From contig JBHGNT010000060.1 of the NCBI GenBank assembly GCA_043228905.1, forward strand, positions 1 through 64,000: a stretch of DNA of 64,000 nucleotides. Direction: 5' to 3'. The notes under the pieces were generated by a model. It made no database searches. It was not told where the DNA came from and saw nothing but the letters and a program-made list of their open reading frames with translations. Origin of the DNA: Azolla caroliniana (taxonomy: Eukaryota > Plantae > Polypodiophyta). Position 1 is the first letter of the stretch, and every line of letters begins with the position of its first letter. The position numbers were made by a program, and so were the translations under genes. Shown piece by piece: positions 36,830-51,700 of the stretch.

Positions 36830-38400
36830 AAAAATGTTCATACCTGGCTCGTGTGATATCGGATTTTTGTGTTCAAACATGCGTATCGAAGCTAACAACG
36901 CTAGCTATGCTATAGAATTAAAAAATCAAGATTTTGAAACTCAGGTCGAGAGACATGAAGAAATTAGCACATTTGAGGAGGGACTTGAGAAGAGCCCATG
37001 AGTCAATTAAAATGTTCATACCTAGCTCCTGTGATATCGGATTTTTGTGTTCAAACATGCGTATCGAAGCTAACAACACTAGCTATGCTATAGAATTAAA
37101 AAATCAAGATTTTGAAACTCAGGTCGAGAGAAATGAGGAAGTTAGCAAATTAGAGGAGGGACTTGAAAAGAGGCCGTGAGTCAATTAAAATGTTCATACC
37201 TGGCTCGTGTGACATCGGATTTTTATGTTCAAACATGCGTATTGAAGCTAACAACGCTAGCTATGCTATAGAATAAAAAAATCAAGATTTTGAAACTCAG
37301 GTCGAGAGACATGAAGAAATTAGCACATTTCAGGAGGGACATGAGAAGAGCCCATGAGTCAATTAAAATGTTCATACCTGGCTCGTGTGATATCGGATTT
37401 TTGTGTTCAAACATGCGTATCGAAGCTAACAACGCTAGCTATGCTATAGAATTAAAAAATCAAGATTTTGAAACTCAGGTCGAGAGACATGAAGAAATTA
37501 GCACATTTGAGGAGGTAGTGGAGAACAGCCCGTTAGGAAATAAAAATGTTCATACCTGGCTCGTGTGATATCGGATTTTTGTGTTCAAACATGCGTATCG
37601 AAGCTAACAACACTAGCTATGATATAGAATAAAAAAATCAAGATTTTGAAACTCAGGTCGAGAGACATGAAGAAATTAGCACATTTGAGGAGGTAGTGGA
37701 GAACAGCCCGTGAGTCAATTAAAATGTTCATACCTGGCTCGTGTGATATCGCATTTCTGTGTTCAAACATGCGTATCGAAGCTAAAAACACTAGCTATGA
37801 TATAGAATAAAAAAATCAAGATTTTGAAACACAGCTCGAGAGACATGAAGAAATTAGCACATTTGAGGAGGTAGTGGAGAACAGCCCGTTAGGAAATAAA
37901 AAAGTTCATACCTGGCTCGTGTGATATCGGATTTTTGTGTTCAAACATGCGTATCGAAGCTAACAACGCTAGCTATGCTATAGAATTAAAAAATCAAGAT
38001 TTTGAAACTCAGGTCGAGAGACATGAAGAAATTAGCACATTTGAGGAGGGACTTGAGAAGAGCCCATGAGTCAATTAAAATGTTCATACCTAGCTCCTGT
38101 GATATCGGATTTTTGTGTTCAAACATGCGTATCGAAGCTAACAACGCTAGCTATGCTATAGAATTAAAAAATCAAGAGTTTGAAACTCAGGTCGAGAGAA
38201 ATGAGGAAGTTAGCAAATTAGAGGAGGGACTTGAAAAGAGGCCGTGAGTCAATTAAAATGTTCATACCTGGCTCGTGTGACATCGGATTTTTATGTTCAA
38301 ACATGCGTATTGAAGCTAACAACGCTAGCTATGCTATAGAATAAAAAAATCAAGATTTTGAAACTCAGGTCGAGAGACATGAAGAAATTAGCACATTTGA
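36830..38400. repeat. 6-monomer-period partial duplication (1068 bp)
   Basis: ORFs 36934/38002 are offset by 1068. Both carry the CCTAGCTCC / AGAAATGAGG / GTGACATCGG monomer series. Confidence 0.75.
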
Positions 38401-38479
38401 GGAGGTAGTGGAGAACAGCCCGTTAGGAAATAAAAATGTTCATACCTGGCTCGTGTGATATCGGATTTTTGTGTTCAAA

Positions 38480-39530
38480 CATGCGTATCGAAGCTAACAA
38501 CGCTAGCTATGCTATAGAATTAAAAAATCAAGATTTTGAAACTCAGGTCGAGAGACATGAAGAAATTAGCACATTTGAGGAGGTAGTGGAGAACAGCCCG
38601 TTATGAAATAAAAATGTTCATACCTGGCTCGTGTCATATCGGTTTTTTGTGTTCAAACATGCGTATGGAAGCTAACAACGCTAGCTATGCTATAGAATTA
38701 AAAAATCAAGATTTTGAAACTCAGGTCGAGAGACATGAAGAAATTAGCACATTTGAGGAGGGACTTGAGAAGAGCCCATGAGTCAATTAAAATGTTCATA
38801 CCTGGCTCGTGTGAGATCGGATTTTTGTGTTCAAAGATGCGTATCGAATCTAAGAACGCTAGCTATGCTATAGAATTAAAAAATCCAGATTTTGAAACTC
38901 AGGTCGAGAGACATGAAGAAATTAGCACATTTGAAGAGGTAGTGGAGAACAGCCCGTTAGGAAATAAAAATGTTCATACCTGGCTCGTGTGATATCGGAT
39001 TTTTGTGTTCAAAGATGCGTATCGAAGCTAACAACGCTAGCTATGCTATAGAATTAAAAAATCAAGATTTTGAAACTCAGGTCGAGAGACATGAAGAAAT
39101 TAGCACATTTGAGGAGGTAGTGGAGAACAGCCCGTTATGAAATAAAAATGTTCATACCTGGCTCGTGTCATATCGGTTTTTTGTGTTCAAACATGCGTAT
39201 GGAAGCTAACAACGCTAGCTATGCTATAGAATTAAAAAATCAAGATTTTGAAACTCAGGTCGAGAGACATGAAGAAATTAGCACATTTGAGGAGGGACTT
39301 GAGAAGAGCCCATGAGTCAATTAAAATGTTCATACCTGGCTCGTGTGATATCGGATTTTTGTGTTCAAAGATGCGTATCGAATCTAAGAACGCTAGCTAT
39401 GCTATAGAATTAAAAAATGAAGATTTTGAAACTCAGGTCGAGAGACATGAAGAAATTAGCACATTTGAAGAGGTAGTGGAGAACAGCCCGTTAGGAAATA
39501 AAAATGTTCATACCTGGCTCGTGTGATATC
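38480..39530. repeat. Tandem 3-mer duplication (534 bp)
   Basis: The rare variant cluster GTGTCATATCGGTTTTTT...TATGGAAG occurs at ~38631 and ~39165. ORFs 38714/39248 are offset by 534. Confidence 0.88.
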
Positions 39531-42500
39531 GGATTTCTGTGTTCAAACATGCGTATTGAAGCTAACAACGCTACCTATGATATGGAATTAAAAAATGCAG
39601 ATTTTGAAACTCAGGTCGAGAGACATGAAGAAATTAGCACATTTGAGGAGGGACATGAGAAGAGCCCATGAGTCAATTAAAATGTTCATACCTGGCTCGT
39701 GTGATATCGGATTTTTGTGTTCAAAGATGCGTATCGAATCTAAGAACGCTAGCTATGCTATAGAATTAAAAAATCCAGATTTTGAAACTCAGGTCGAGAG
39801 ACATGAAGAAATTAGCACATTTGAGGAGGGACTTGAGAAGAGCCCATGAGTCAATTAAAATGTTCATACCTGGCTCGTGTGATATCGGATTTTTGTGTTC
39901 AAAGATGCGTATCGAATCTAAGAACGCTAGCTATGCTATAGAATTAAAAAATCCAGATTTTGAAACTCAGGTCGAGAGACATGAAGAAATTAGCACATTT
40001 GAAGAGGTAGTGGAGAACAGCCCGTTAGGAAATAAAAATGTTCATACCTGGCTCGTGTGATATCGGATTTTTGTGTTCAAACATGCGTATTGAAGCTAAC
40101 AACACTACCTATGATATGGAATTAAAAAATGCAGATTTTGAAACTCAGGTCGAGAGACATGAAGAAATTAGCACATTTGACGAGGTAGCGGAGAACAACC
40201 CGTTAGGAAATAAAAATGTTCATACCTGGCTCGTGTGATATCGGATTTTTGTGTTCAAACATGCGTATTGAAGCTAACAACACTACCTATGATATGGAAT
40301 TAAAAAATGCATATTTTGAAACTCAGGTCGAGAGACATGAAGAAATTAGCACATTTGAGGAGGTAGCGGAGAACAACCCGTTAGGAAATAAAAATGTTCA
40401 TACCTGGCTCGTGTGATATCGGATATTTGTGTTCAAACATGCGTATCGAAGCTAAGAACGCTAGCTATGCTATAGAATTAAAAAATCCAGATTTTGAAAC
40501 TCAGGTCGAGAGACATGAAGAAATTAGCACATTTGAGGAGGGACTTGAGAAGAGCCCATGAGTCAATTAAAATGTTCATACCTGGCTCCTGTGATATCGG
40601 ATTTTTGTGTTCAAACATGCGTATCGAAACTAACAACGCTAGCTATGCTATAGAATTAAAAAATCAAGATTTTGAAACTCAGCTCGAGAGACATGAGGAA
40701 GTTAGCAAATTAGAGGAGGGACTTGAAAAGAGGCCGTGAGTCAATTAAAATGTTCATACCAGGCTCGTCTGATATCGGATTTTTGTGTTCAAACATGCGT
40801 ATCGAAGCTAACAACGCTAGTTATGCTATAGAATTAAAAAATGAAGATTTTGAAATTCAGGTCGAGAGACATGAAGAAATTAGCACATTTGAGGAGGGAC
40901 TTGAGAAGAGCCCATGAGTCAATTAAAATGTTCATACCTGGCTCCTGTGATATCGGATTTTTGTGTTCAAACATGCGTATCGAAGCTAACAACGCTAGCT
41001 ATGCTATAGAATTAAAAAATCAAGATTTTGAAACTCAGCTCGAGAGACATGAGGAAGTTAGCAAATTAGAGGAGGGACTTGAAAAGAGGCCGTGAGTCAA
41101 TTAAAATGTTCATACCAGGCTCGTGTGATATCGGATTTTTGTGTTCAAACATGCGTATCGAAGCTAACAACGCTAGTTATGCTATAGAATTAAAAAATCA
41201 AGATTTTGAAATTCAGGTCGAGAGACATGAAGAAATTAGCACATTTGAGGAGGTAGTGGAGAACAGCCCGTGAGTCAATTAAAATGTTCATACCTGGCTC
41301 GTGTGATATCGGATTTTTGTGTTCAAACATGCGTATCGAAGCTAACAACGCTACCTATGATATGGAATAAAAAAATCAAGATTTTGAAACTCAAGTCAAG
41401 AGACATGAAGAAATTTAGGACATTTGAGGAGGTAGTGGAGAACAGCCCGTGAGTCAATTAAAATGTTCATACATGGCTCGTGTGATATCGGATTTTTGTG
41501 TTCAAACATGCGTATCGAAGCTAACAACACTAGCTATGATATAGAATAAAAAAATCAAGATTTTGAAACTCAGGTTGAGAGACATGAAGAAATTAGCACA
41601 TTTGAGGAGGTAGTGGAGAACAGCCCGTTAGGAAATTAAAATGTTCATACCTAGCTCGTGTGATATCGGATTTTTGTGTTCAAACATGCGTATCGAAGCT
41701 AACAACGCTAGCTATGCTATAGAATTAAAAAATCAAGATTTTGAAACTCAGGTCGAGAGACATGAAGAAATTAGCACATTTGAAGAGGTAGTGGAGAACA
41801 GCCCGTGAGGAAATAAAAATGTTCATACCTGGCTCGTGTGATATCGGATTTTTGTGTTCAAACATGCGTATTGAAGCTAACAACGCTACCTATGATATGG
41901 AATTAAAAAATGCAGATTTTGAAACTCAGGTCGAGAGACATGAAGAAATTAGCACATTTGAGGAGGTAGTGGAGAACAACCCGTTAGGAAATAAAAATGT
42001 TCATACCTGGCTCGTGTGATATCGGATTTTTGTGTTCAAACATGCGTATCGAAGCTAAGAACGCTAGCTATGCTATAGAATTAAAAAATCAAGATTTTGA
42101 AACTCAGGTCGAGAGACATGAAGAAATTAGCACATTTGAGGAGGGACATGAGAAGAGCCCATGAGTCAATTAAAATGTTCATACCTGGCTCGTGTGATAT
42201 CGGATTTTTGTGTTCAAACATGCGTATCGAAGCTAACAACGCTAGCTATGCTATAGAATTAAAAAATCCAGATTTTGAAACTCAGGTCGAGAGACATGAA
42301 GAAATTAGCACATTTGAGGAGGGACTTGAGAAGAGCCCATGAGTCAATTAAAATGTTCATACCTGGCTCGTGTGATATCGGATTTTTGTGTTCAAAGATG
42401 CGTATCGAAGCTAACAACGCTAGTTATGCTATAGAATTAAAAAATGAAGATTTTGAAACTCAGGTCGAGAGACATGAAGAAATTAGCACATTTGAAGAGG

Positions 42501-43920
42501 TAGTGGAGAACAGCCCGTTAGGAAATAAAAATGTTCATACCTGGCTCGTGTGATATCGGATTTCTGTGTTCAAACATGCGTATTGAAGCTAACAACGCTA
42601 CCTATGATATGGAATTAAAAAATGCAGATTTTGAAACTCAGGTCGAGAGACATGAAGAAATTAGCACATTTGAGGAGGGACATGAGAAGAGCCCATGAGT
42701 CAATTAAAATGTTCATACCTGGCTCGTGTGATATCGGATTTTTGTGTTCAAAGATGCGTATCGAATCTAAGAACGCTAGCTATGCTATAGAATTAAAAAA
42801 TCCAGATTTTGAAACTCAGGTCGAGAGACATGAAGAAATTAGCACATTTGAGGAGGGACTTGAGAAGAGCCCATGAGTCAATTAAAATGTTCATACCTGG
42901 CTCGTGTGATATCGGATTTTTGTGTTCAAAGATGCGTATCGAATCTAAGAACGCTAGCTATGCTATAGAATTAAAAAATCCAGATTTTGAAACTCAGGTC
43001 GAGAGACATGAAGAAATTAGCACATTTGAAGAGGTAGTGGAGAACAGCCCGTTAGGAAATAAAAATGTTCATACCTGGCTCGTGTGATATCGGATTTTTG
43101 TGTTCAAACATGCGTATTGAAGCTAACAACACTACCTATGATATGGAATTAAAAAATGCAGATTTTGAAACTCAGGTCGAGAGACATGAAGAAATTAGCA
43201 CATTTGACGAGGTAGCGGAGAACAACCCGTTAGGAAATAAAAATGTTCATACCTGGCTCGTGTGATATCGGATTTTTGTGTTCAAACATGCGTATTGAAG
43301 CTAACAACACTACCTATGATATGGAATTAAAAAATGCATATTTTGAAACTCAGGTCGAGAGACATGAAGAAATTAGCACATTTGAGGAGGTAGCGGAGAA
43401 CAACCCGTTAGGAAATAAAAATGTTCATACCTGGCTCGTGTGATATCGGATATTTGTGTTCAAACATGCGTATCGAAGCTAAGAACGCTAGCTATGCTAT
43501 AGAATTAAAAAATCCAGATTTTGAAACTCAGGTCGAGAGACATGAAGAAATTAGCACATTTGAGGAGGGACTTGAGAAGAGCCCATGAGTCAATTAAAAT
43601 GTTCATACCTGGCTCCTGTGATATCGGATTTTTGTGTTCAAACATGCGTATCGAAACTAACAACGCTAGCTATGCTATAGAATTAAAAAATCAAGATTTT
43701 GAAACTCAGCTCGAGAGACATGAGGAAGTTAGCAAATTAGAGGAGGGACTTGAAAAGAGGCCGTGAGTCAATTAAAATGTTCATACCAGGCTCGTCTGAT
43801 ATCGGATTTTTGTGTTCAAACATGCGTATCGAAGCTAACAACGCTAGTTATGCTATAGAATTAAAAAATGAAGATTTTGAAATTCAGGTCGAGAGACATG
43901 AAGAAATTAGCACATTTGAG
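39400..43920. repeat. 17-monomer-period duplication (3027 bp): ~39400-40895 repeated at ~42427-43920, with an extra 2-mer (356 bp) in the first copy
   Basis: ORF pairs 39595/42622, 40038/43065, 40216/43243, 40494/43521 and 40723/43750 are offset by 3027. The offset drops to 2671 at 41270/43941, explained by the 356-bp repeat 40723/41079. Private variants include TTTGACGAGG, GCATATTTT and GGATATTTG. Confidence 0.9.
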
Positions 43921-46900
43921 GAGGTAGTGGAGAACAGCCCGTGAGTCAATTAAAATGTTCATACCTGGCTCGTGTGATATCGGATTTTTGTGTTCAAACA
44001 TGCGTATCGAAGCTAACAACGCTACCTATGATATGGAATAAAAAAATCAAGATTTTGAAACTCAAGTCAAGAGACATGAAGAAATTTAGGACATTTGAGG
44101 AGGTAGTGGAGAACAGCCCGTGAGTCAATTAAAATGTTCATACATGGCTCGTGTGATATCGGATTTTTGTGTTCAAACATGCGTATCGAAGCTAACAACA
44201 CTAGCTATGATATAGAATAAAAAAATCAAGATTTTGAAACTCAGGTCGAGAGACATGAAGAAATTAGCACATTTGAGGAGGGACTTGAGAAGAGCCCATG
44301 AGTCAATTAAAATGTTCATACCTGGCTCGTGTGATATCGGATTTTTGTGTTCAAAGATGCGTATCGAATCTAAGAACGCTAGCTATGCTATAGAATTAAA
44401 AAATCCAGATTTTGAAACTCAGGTCGAGAGACATGAAGAAATTAGCACATTTGAGGAGGGACTTGAGAAGAGCCCATGAGTCAATTAAAATGTTCATACC
44501 TGGCTCGTGTGATATCGGATTTTTGTGTTCAAAGATGCGTATCGAATCTAAGAACGCTAGCTATGCTATAGAATTAAAAAATCCAGATTTTGAAACTCAG
44601 GTCGAGAGACATGAAGAAATTAGCACATTTGAAGAGGTAGTGGAGAACAGCCCGTTAGGAAATAAAAATGTTCATACCTGGCTCGTGTGATATCGGATTT
44701 TTGTGTTCAAACATGCGTATTGAAGCTAACAACACTACCTATGATATGGAATTAAAAAATCAAGATTTTGAAACTCAGGTCGAGAGACATGAAGAAATTA
44801 GCACATTTGAGGAGGTAGCGGAGAACAACCCGTTAGGAAATAAAAATGTTCATACCTGGCTCGTGTGATATCGGATTTTTGTGTTCAAACATGCGTATCG
44901 AAGCTAAGAACGTTAGCTATGCTATAGAATTAAAAAATCCAAATTTTGAAACTCAGGTCGAGAGACATGAAGAAATTAGCACATTTGAGGAGGGACTTGA
45001 GAAGAGCCCATGAGTCAATTAAATTGTTCATACCTGGCTCCTGTGATATCGGATTTTTGTGTTCAAACATGCGTATCGAAGCTAACAACGCTAGCTATGC
45101 TATAGAATTAAAAAATCAAGATTTTGAAACTCAGCTCGAGAGACATGAGGAAGTTAGCAAATTAGAGGAGGGACTTGAAAAGAGGCCGTGAGTCAATTAA
45201 AATGTTCATACCAGGCTCGTGTGATATCGGATTTTTGTGTTCAAACATGCGTATCGAAGCTAACAACGCTAGTTATGCTATAGAATTAAAAAATGAAGAT
45301 TTTGAAATTCAGGTCGAGAGACATGAAGAAATTAGCACATTTGAGGAGGTAGTGGAGAACAGCCCGTGAGTCAATTAAAATGTTCATACCTGGCTCGTGT
45401 GATATCGGATTTTTGTGTTCAAACATGCGTATCGAAGCTAACAACGCTACCTATGATATGGAATAAAAAAATCAAGATTTTGAAACTCAAGTCAAGAGAC
45501 ATGAAGAAATTTAGGACATTTGAGGAGGTAGTGGAGAACAGCCCGTGAGTCAATTAAAATGTTCATACATGGCTCGTGTGATATCGGATTTTTGTGTTCA
45601 AACATGCGTATCGAAGCTAACAACACTAGCTATGATATAGAATAAAAAAATCAAGATTTTGAAACTCAGGTCGAGAGACATGAAGAAATTAGCACATTTG
45701 AGGAGGGACTTGAGAAGAGCCCATGAGTCAATTAAAATGTTCATACCTGGCTCGTGTGATATCGGATTTTTGTGTTCAAAGATGCGTATCGAATCTAAGA
45801 ACGCTAGCTATGCTATAGAATTAAAAAATCCAGATTTTGAAACTCAGGTCGAGAGACATGAAGAAATTAGCACATTTGAGGAGGGACTTGAGAAGAGCCC
45901 ATGAGTCAATTAAAATGTTCATACCTGGCTCGTGTGATATCGGATTTTTGTGTTCAAAGATGCGTATCGAATCTAAGAACGCTAGCTATGCTATAGAATT
46001 AAAAAATCCAGATTTTGAAACTCAGGTCGAGAGACATGAAGAAATTAGCACATTTGAAGAGGTAGTGGAGAACAGCCCGTTAGGAAATAAAAATGTTCAT
46101 ACCTGGCTCGTGTGATATCGGATTTTTGTGTTCAAACATGCGTATTGAAGCTAACAACACTACCTATGATATGGAATTAAAAAATCAAGATTTTGAAACT
46201 CAGGTCGAGAGACATGAAGAAATTAGCACATTTGAGGAGGTAGCGGAGAACAACCCGTTAGGAAATAAAAATGTTCATACCTGGCTCGTGTGATATCGGA
46301 TTTTTGTGTTCAAACATGCGTATCGAAGCTAAGAACGTTAGCTATGCTATAGAATTAAAAAATCCAAATTTTGAAACTCAGGTCGAGAGACATGAAGAAA
46401 TTAGCACATTTGAGGAGGGACTTGAGAAGAGCCCATGAGTCAATTAAAATGTTCATACCTGGCTCCTGTGATATCGGATTTTTGTGTTCAAACATGCGTA
46501 TCGAAGCTAACAACGCTAGCTATGCTATAGAATTAAAAAATCAAGATTTTGAAACTCAGCTCGAGAGACATGAGGAAGTTAGCAAATTAGAGGAGGGACT
46601 TGAAAAGAGGCCGTGAGTCAATTAAAATGTTCATACCAGGCTCGTGTGATATCGGATTTTTGTGTTCAAACATGCGTATCGAAGCTAACAACGCTAGTTA
46701 TGCTATAGAATTAAAAAATGAAGATTTTGAAATTCAGGTCGAGAGACATGAAGAAATTAGCACATTTGAGGAGGTAGTGGAGAACAGCCCGTGAGTCAAT
46801 TAAAATGTTCATACCTGGCTCGTGTGATATCGGATTTTTGTGTTCAAACATGCGTATCGAAGCTAACAACGCTACCTATGATATGGAATAAAAAAATCAA

Positions 46901-48520
46901 GATTTTGAAACTCAAGTCAAGAGACATGAAGAAATTTAGGACATTTGAGGAGGTAGTGGAGAACAGCCCGTGAGTCAATTAAAATGTTCATACATGGCTC
47001 GTGTGATATCGGATTTTTGTGTTCAAACATGCGTATCGAAGCTAACAACACTAGCTATGATATAGAATAAAAAAATCAAGATTTTGAAACTCAGGTCGAG
47101 AGACATGAAGAAATTAGCACATTTGAGGAGGGACTTGAGAAGAGCCCATGAGTCAATTAAAATGTTCATACCTGGCTCGTGTGATATCGGATTTTTGTGT
47201 TCAAAGATGCGTATCGAATCTAAGAACGCTAGCTATGCTATAGAATTAAAAAATCCAGATTTTGAAACTCAGGTCGAGAGACATGAAGAAATTAGCACAT
47301 TTGAGGAGGGACTTGAGAAGAGCCCATGAGTCAATTAAAATGTTCATACCTGGCTCGTGTGATATCGGATTTTTGTGTTCAAAGATGCGTATCGAATCTA
47401 AGAACGCTAGCTATGCTATAGAATTAAAAAATCCAGATTTTGAAACTCAGGTCGAGAGACATGAAGAAATTAGCACATTTGAAGAGGTAGTGGAGAACAG
47501 CCCGTTAGGAAATAAAAATGTTCATACCTGGCTCGTGTGATATCGGATTTTTGTGTTCAAACATGCGTATTGAAGCTAACAACACTACCTATGATATGGA
47601 ATTAAAAAATCAAGATTTTGAAACTCAGGTCGAGAGACATGAAGAAATTAGCACATTTGAGGAGGTAGCGGAGAACAACCCGTTAGGAAATAAAAATGTT
47701 CATACCTGGCTCGTGTGATATCGGATTTTTGTGTTCAAACATGCGTATCGAAGCTAAGAACGTTAGCTATGCTATAGAATTAAAAAATCCAAATTTTGAA
47801 ACTCAGGTCGAGAGACATGAAGAAATTAGCACATTTGAGGAGGGACTTGAGAAGAGCCCATGAGTCAATTAAAATGTTCATACCTGGCTCCTGTGATATC
47901 GGATTTTTGTGTTCAAACATGCGTATCGAAGCTAACAACGCTAGCTATGCTATAGAATTAAAAAATCAAGATTTTGAAACTCAGCTCGAGAGACATGAGG
48001 AAGTTAGCAAATTAGAGGAGGGACTTGAAAAGAGGCCGTGAGTCAATTAAAATGTTCATACCAGGCTCGTGTGATATCGGATTTTTGTGTTCAAACATGC
48101 GTATCGAAGCTAACAACGCTAGTTATGCTATAGAATTAAAAAATGAAGATTTTGAAATTCAGGTCGAGAGACATGAAGAAATTAGCACATTTGAGGAGGT
48201 AGTGGAGAACAGCCCGTGAGTCAATTAAAATGTTCATACCTGGCTCGTGTGATATCGGATTTTTGTGTTCAAACATGCGTATCGAAGCTAACAACGCTAC
48301 CTATGATATGGAATAAAAAAATCAAGATTTTGAAACTCAAGTCAAGAGACATGAAGAAATTTAGGACATTTGAGGAGGTAGTGGAGAACAGCCCGTGAGT
48401 CAATTAAAATGTTCATACATGGCTCGTGTGATATCGGATTTTTGTGTTCAAACATGCCTATCGAAGCTAACAACACTAGCTATGATATAGAATAAAAAAA
48501 TCAAGATTTTGAAACTCAGG
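43798..48520. repeat. Tandem 8-mer HOR (period 1425 bp), ~3.3 near-identical copies
   Basis: ORF series 43941/45366/46791/48216 and 44234/45659/47084 are spaced by exactly 1425. The marker AAGAACGTTAGC...CCAAATTTT recurs at ~44906, ~46331 and ~47756. Confidence 0.94.
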
Positions 48521-48759
48521 TTGAGAGACATGAAGAAATTAGCACATTTGAGGAGGTAGTGGAGAACAGCCCGTTAGGAAATAAAAATGTTCATACCTGG
48601 CTCGTGTGATATCGGATTTTTGTGTTCAAACATGCGTATCGAAGCTAACAACGCTAGCTATGCTATAGAATTAAAAAACCAAGATTTTGAAACTCAGGTC
48701 GAGAGACATGAAGAAATTAGCACATTTGAAGAGGTAGTGGAGAACAGCCCGTGAGGAAA

Positions 48760-51700
48760 TAAAAATGTTCATACCTGGCTCGTGTGATATCGGATTTTTG
48801 TGTTCAAACATGCGTATTGAAGCTAACAACGCTACCTATGATATGGAATTAAAAAATGCAGATTTTGAAACTCAGGTCGAGAGACATGAAGAAATTAGCA
48901 CATTTGAGGAGGTAGTGGAGAACAACCCGTTAGGAAATAAAAATGTTCATACCTGGCTCGTGTGATATCGGATTTTTGTGTTCAAACATGCGTATCGAAG
49001 CTAAGAACGCTAGCTATGCTATAGAATTAAAAAATCAAGATTTTGAAACTCAGGTCGAGAGACATGAAGAAATTAGCACATTTGAGGAGGGACATGAGAA
49101 GAGCCCATGAGTCAATTAAAATGTTCATACCTGGCTCGTGTGATATCGGATTTTTGTGTTCAAACATGCGTATCGAAGCTAACAACGCTAGCTATGCTAT
49201 AGAATTAAAAAATCCAGATTTTGAAACTCAGGTCGAGAGACATGAAGAAATTAGCACATTTGAGGAGGGACTTGAGAAGAGCCCATGAGTCAATTAAAAT
49301 GTTCATACATGGCTCGTGTGATATCGGATTTTTGTGTTCAAAGATGCGTATCGAAGCTAACAACGCTAGCTATGCTATAGAATTAAAAAATCAAGATTTT
49401 GAAACTCAGGTCGAGAGACATGAAGAAATTAGCACATTTGAGGAGGTAGTGGAGAACAGCCCGTTAGGAAATAAAAATGTTCATACCTGGCTCGTGTGAT
49501 ATCGGATTTTTGTGTTCAAACATGCGTATCGAAGCTAACAACGCTAGCTATGCTATAGAATTAAAAATCAAGATTTTGAAACTCAGGTCGAGAGACATGA
49601 AGAAATTAGCACATTTGAAGAGGTAGTGGAGAACAGCCCGTGAGGAAATAAAAATGTTCATACCTGGCTCGTGTGATATCGGATTTTTGTGTTCAAACAT
49701 GCGTATTGAAGCTAACAATGCTACCTATGATATGGAATTAAAAAATGCAGATTTTGAAACTCAGGTCGAGAGACATGAAGAAATTAGCACATTTGAGGAG
49801 GTAGTGGAGAACAACCCGTTAGGAAATAAAAATGTTCATACCTGGCTCGTGTGATATCGGATTTTTGTGTTCAAACATGCGTATCGAAGCTAAGAACGCT
49901 AGCTATGCTATAGAATTAAAAAATCAAGATTTTGAAACTCAGGTCGAGAGACATGAAGAAATTAGCACATTTGAGGAGGGACATGAGAAGAGCCCATGAG
50001 TCAATTAAAATGTTCATACCTGGCTCGTGTGATATCGGATTTTTGTGTTCAAACATGCGTATCGAAGCTAACAACGCTAGCTATGCTATAGAATTAAAAA
50101 ATCCAGATTTTGAAACTCAGGTCGAGAGACATGAAGAAATTAGCACATTTGAGGAGGGACTTGAGAAGAGCCCATGAGTCAATTAAAATGTTCATACCTG
50201 GCTCGTGTGATATCGGATTTTTGTGTTCAAAGATGCGTATCGAAGCTAACAACGCTAGCTATGCTATAGAATTAAAAAATCAAGATTTTGAAACTCAGGT
50301 CGAGAGACATGAAGAAATTAGCACATTTGAGGAGGTAGTGGAGAACAGCCCGTTAGGAAATAAAAATGTTCATACCTGGCTCGTGTGATATCGGATTTTT
50401 GTGTTCAAACATGCGTATCGAAGCTAACAACGCTAGCTATGCTATAGAATTAAAAATCAAGATTTTGAAACTCAGGTCAAGAGACATGAAGAAATTAGCA
50501 CATTTGAGGAGGGACTTGAGAAGAGCCCATGAGTCAATTAAAATGTTCATACCTGGCTCCTGTGATATCGGATTTTTGTGTTCAAACATGCGTATCGAAG
50601 CTAACAACGCTAGCTATGCTATAGAATTAAAAAATGAAGATTTTGAAACTCAGGTCGAGAGACATGAGGAAGTTAGCAAATTAGAGGAGGGACTTGAAAA
50701 GAGGGCGTGAGTCAATTAAAATGTTCATACCAGGCTCGTGTGATATCGGATTTTTGTGTTCAAACATGCGTATCGAAGCTAACAACGCTAGTTATGCTAT
50801 AGAATTAAAAAATGAAGATTTTGAAACACAGGTCGAGAGACATGAAGAAATTAGCACATTTGAAGAGGTAGTGGAGAACAGCCCGTTAGGAAATAAAAAT
50901 GTTCATACCTGGCTCGTGTGATATCGGATTTCTGTGTTCAAACATGCGTATTGAAGCTAACAACGCTACCTATGATATGGAATTAAAAAATGCAGATTTT
51001 GAAACTCAGGTCGAGAGACATGAAGAAATTAGCACATTTGAGGAGGTAGTGGAGAACAACCCGTTAGGAAATAAAAATGTTCATACCTGGCTCGTGTGAT
51101 ATCGGATTTTTGTGTTCAAACATGCGTATCGAAGCTAAGAACGCTAGCTATGCTATAGAATTAAAAAATCAAGATTTTGAAACTCAGGTCGAGAGACATG
51201 AAGAAATTAGCACATTTGAGGAGGGACATGAGAAGAGCCCATGAGTCAATTAAAATGTTCATACCTGGCTCGTGTGATATCGGATTTTTGTGTTCAAACA
51301 TGCGTATCGAAGCTAACAACGCTAGCTATGCTATAGAATTAAAAAATCCAGATTTTGAAACTCAGGTCGAGAGACATGAAGAAATTAGCACATTTGAGGA
51401 GGGACTTGAGAAGAGCCCATGAGTCAATTAAAATGTTCATACATGGCTCGTGTGATATCGGATTTTTGTGTTCAAAGATGCGTATCGAAGCTAACAACGC
51501 TAGCTATGCTATAGAATTAAAAAATCAAGATTTTGAAACTCAGGTCGAGAGACATGAAGAAATTAGCACATTTGAGGAGGTAGTGGAGAACAGCCCGTTA
51601 GGAAATAAAAATGTTCATACCTGGCTCGTGTGATATCGGATTTTTGTGTTCAAACATGCGTATCGAAGCTAACAACGCTAGCTATGCTATAGAATTAAAA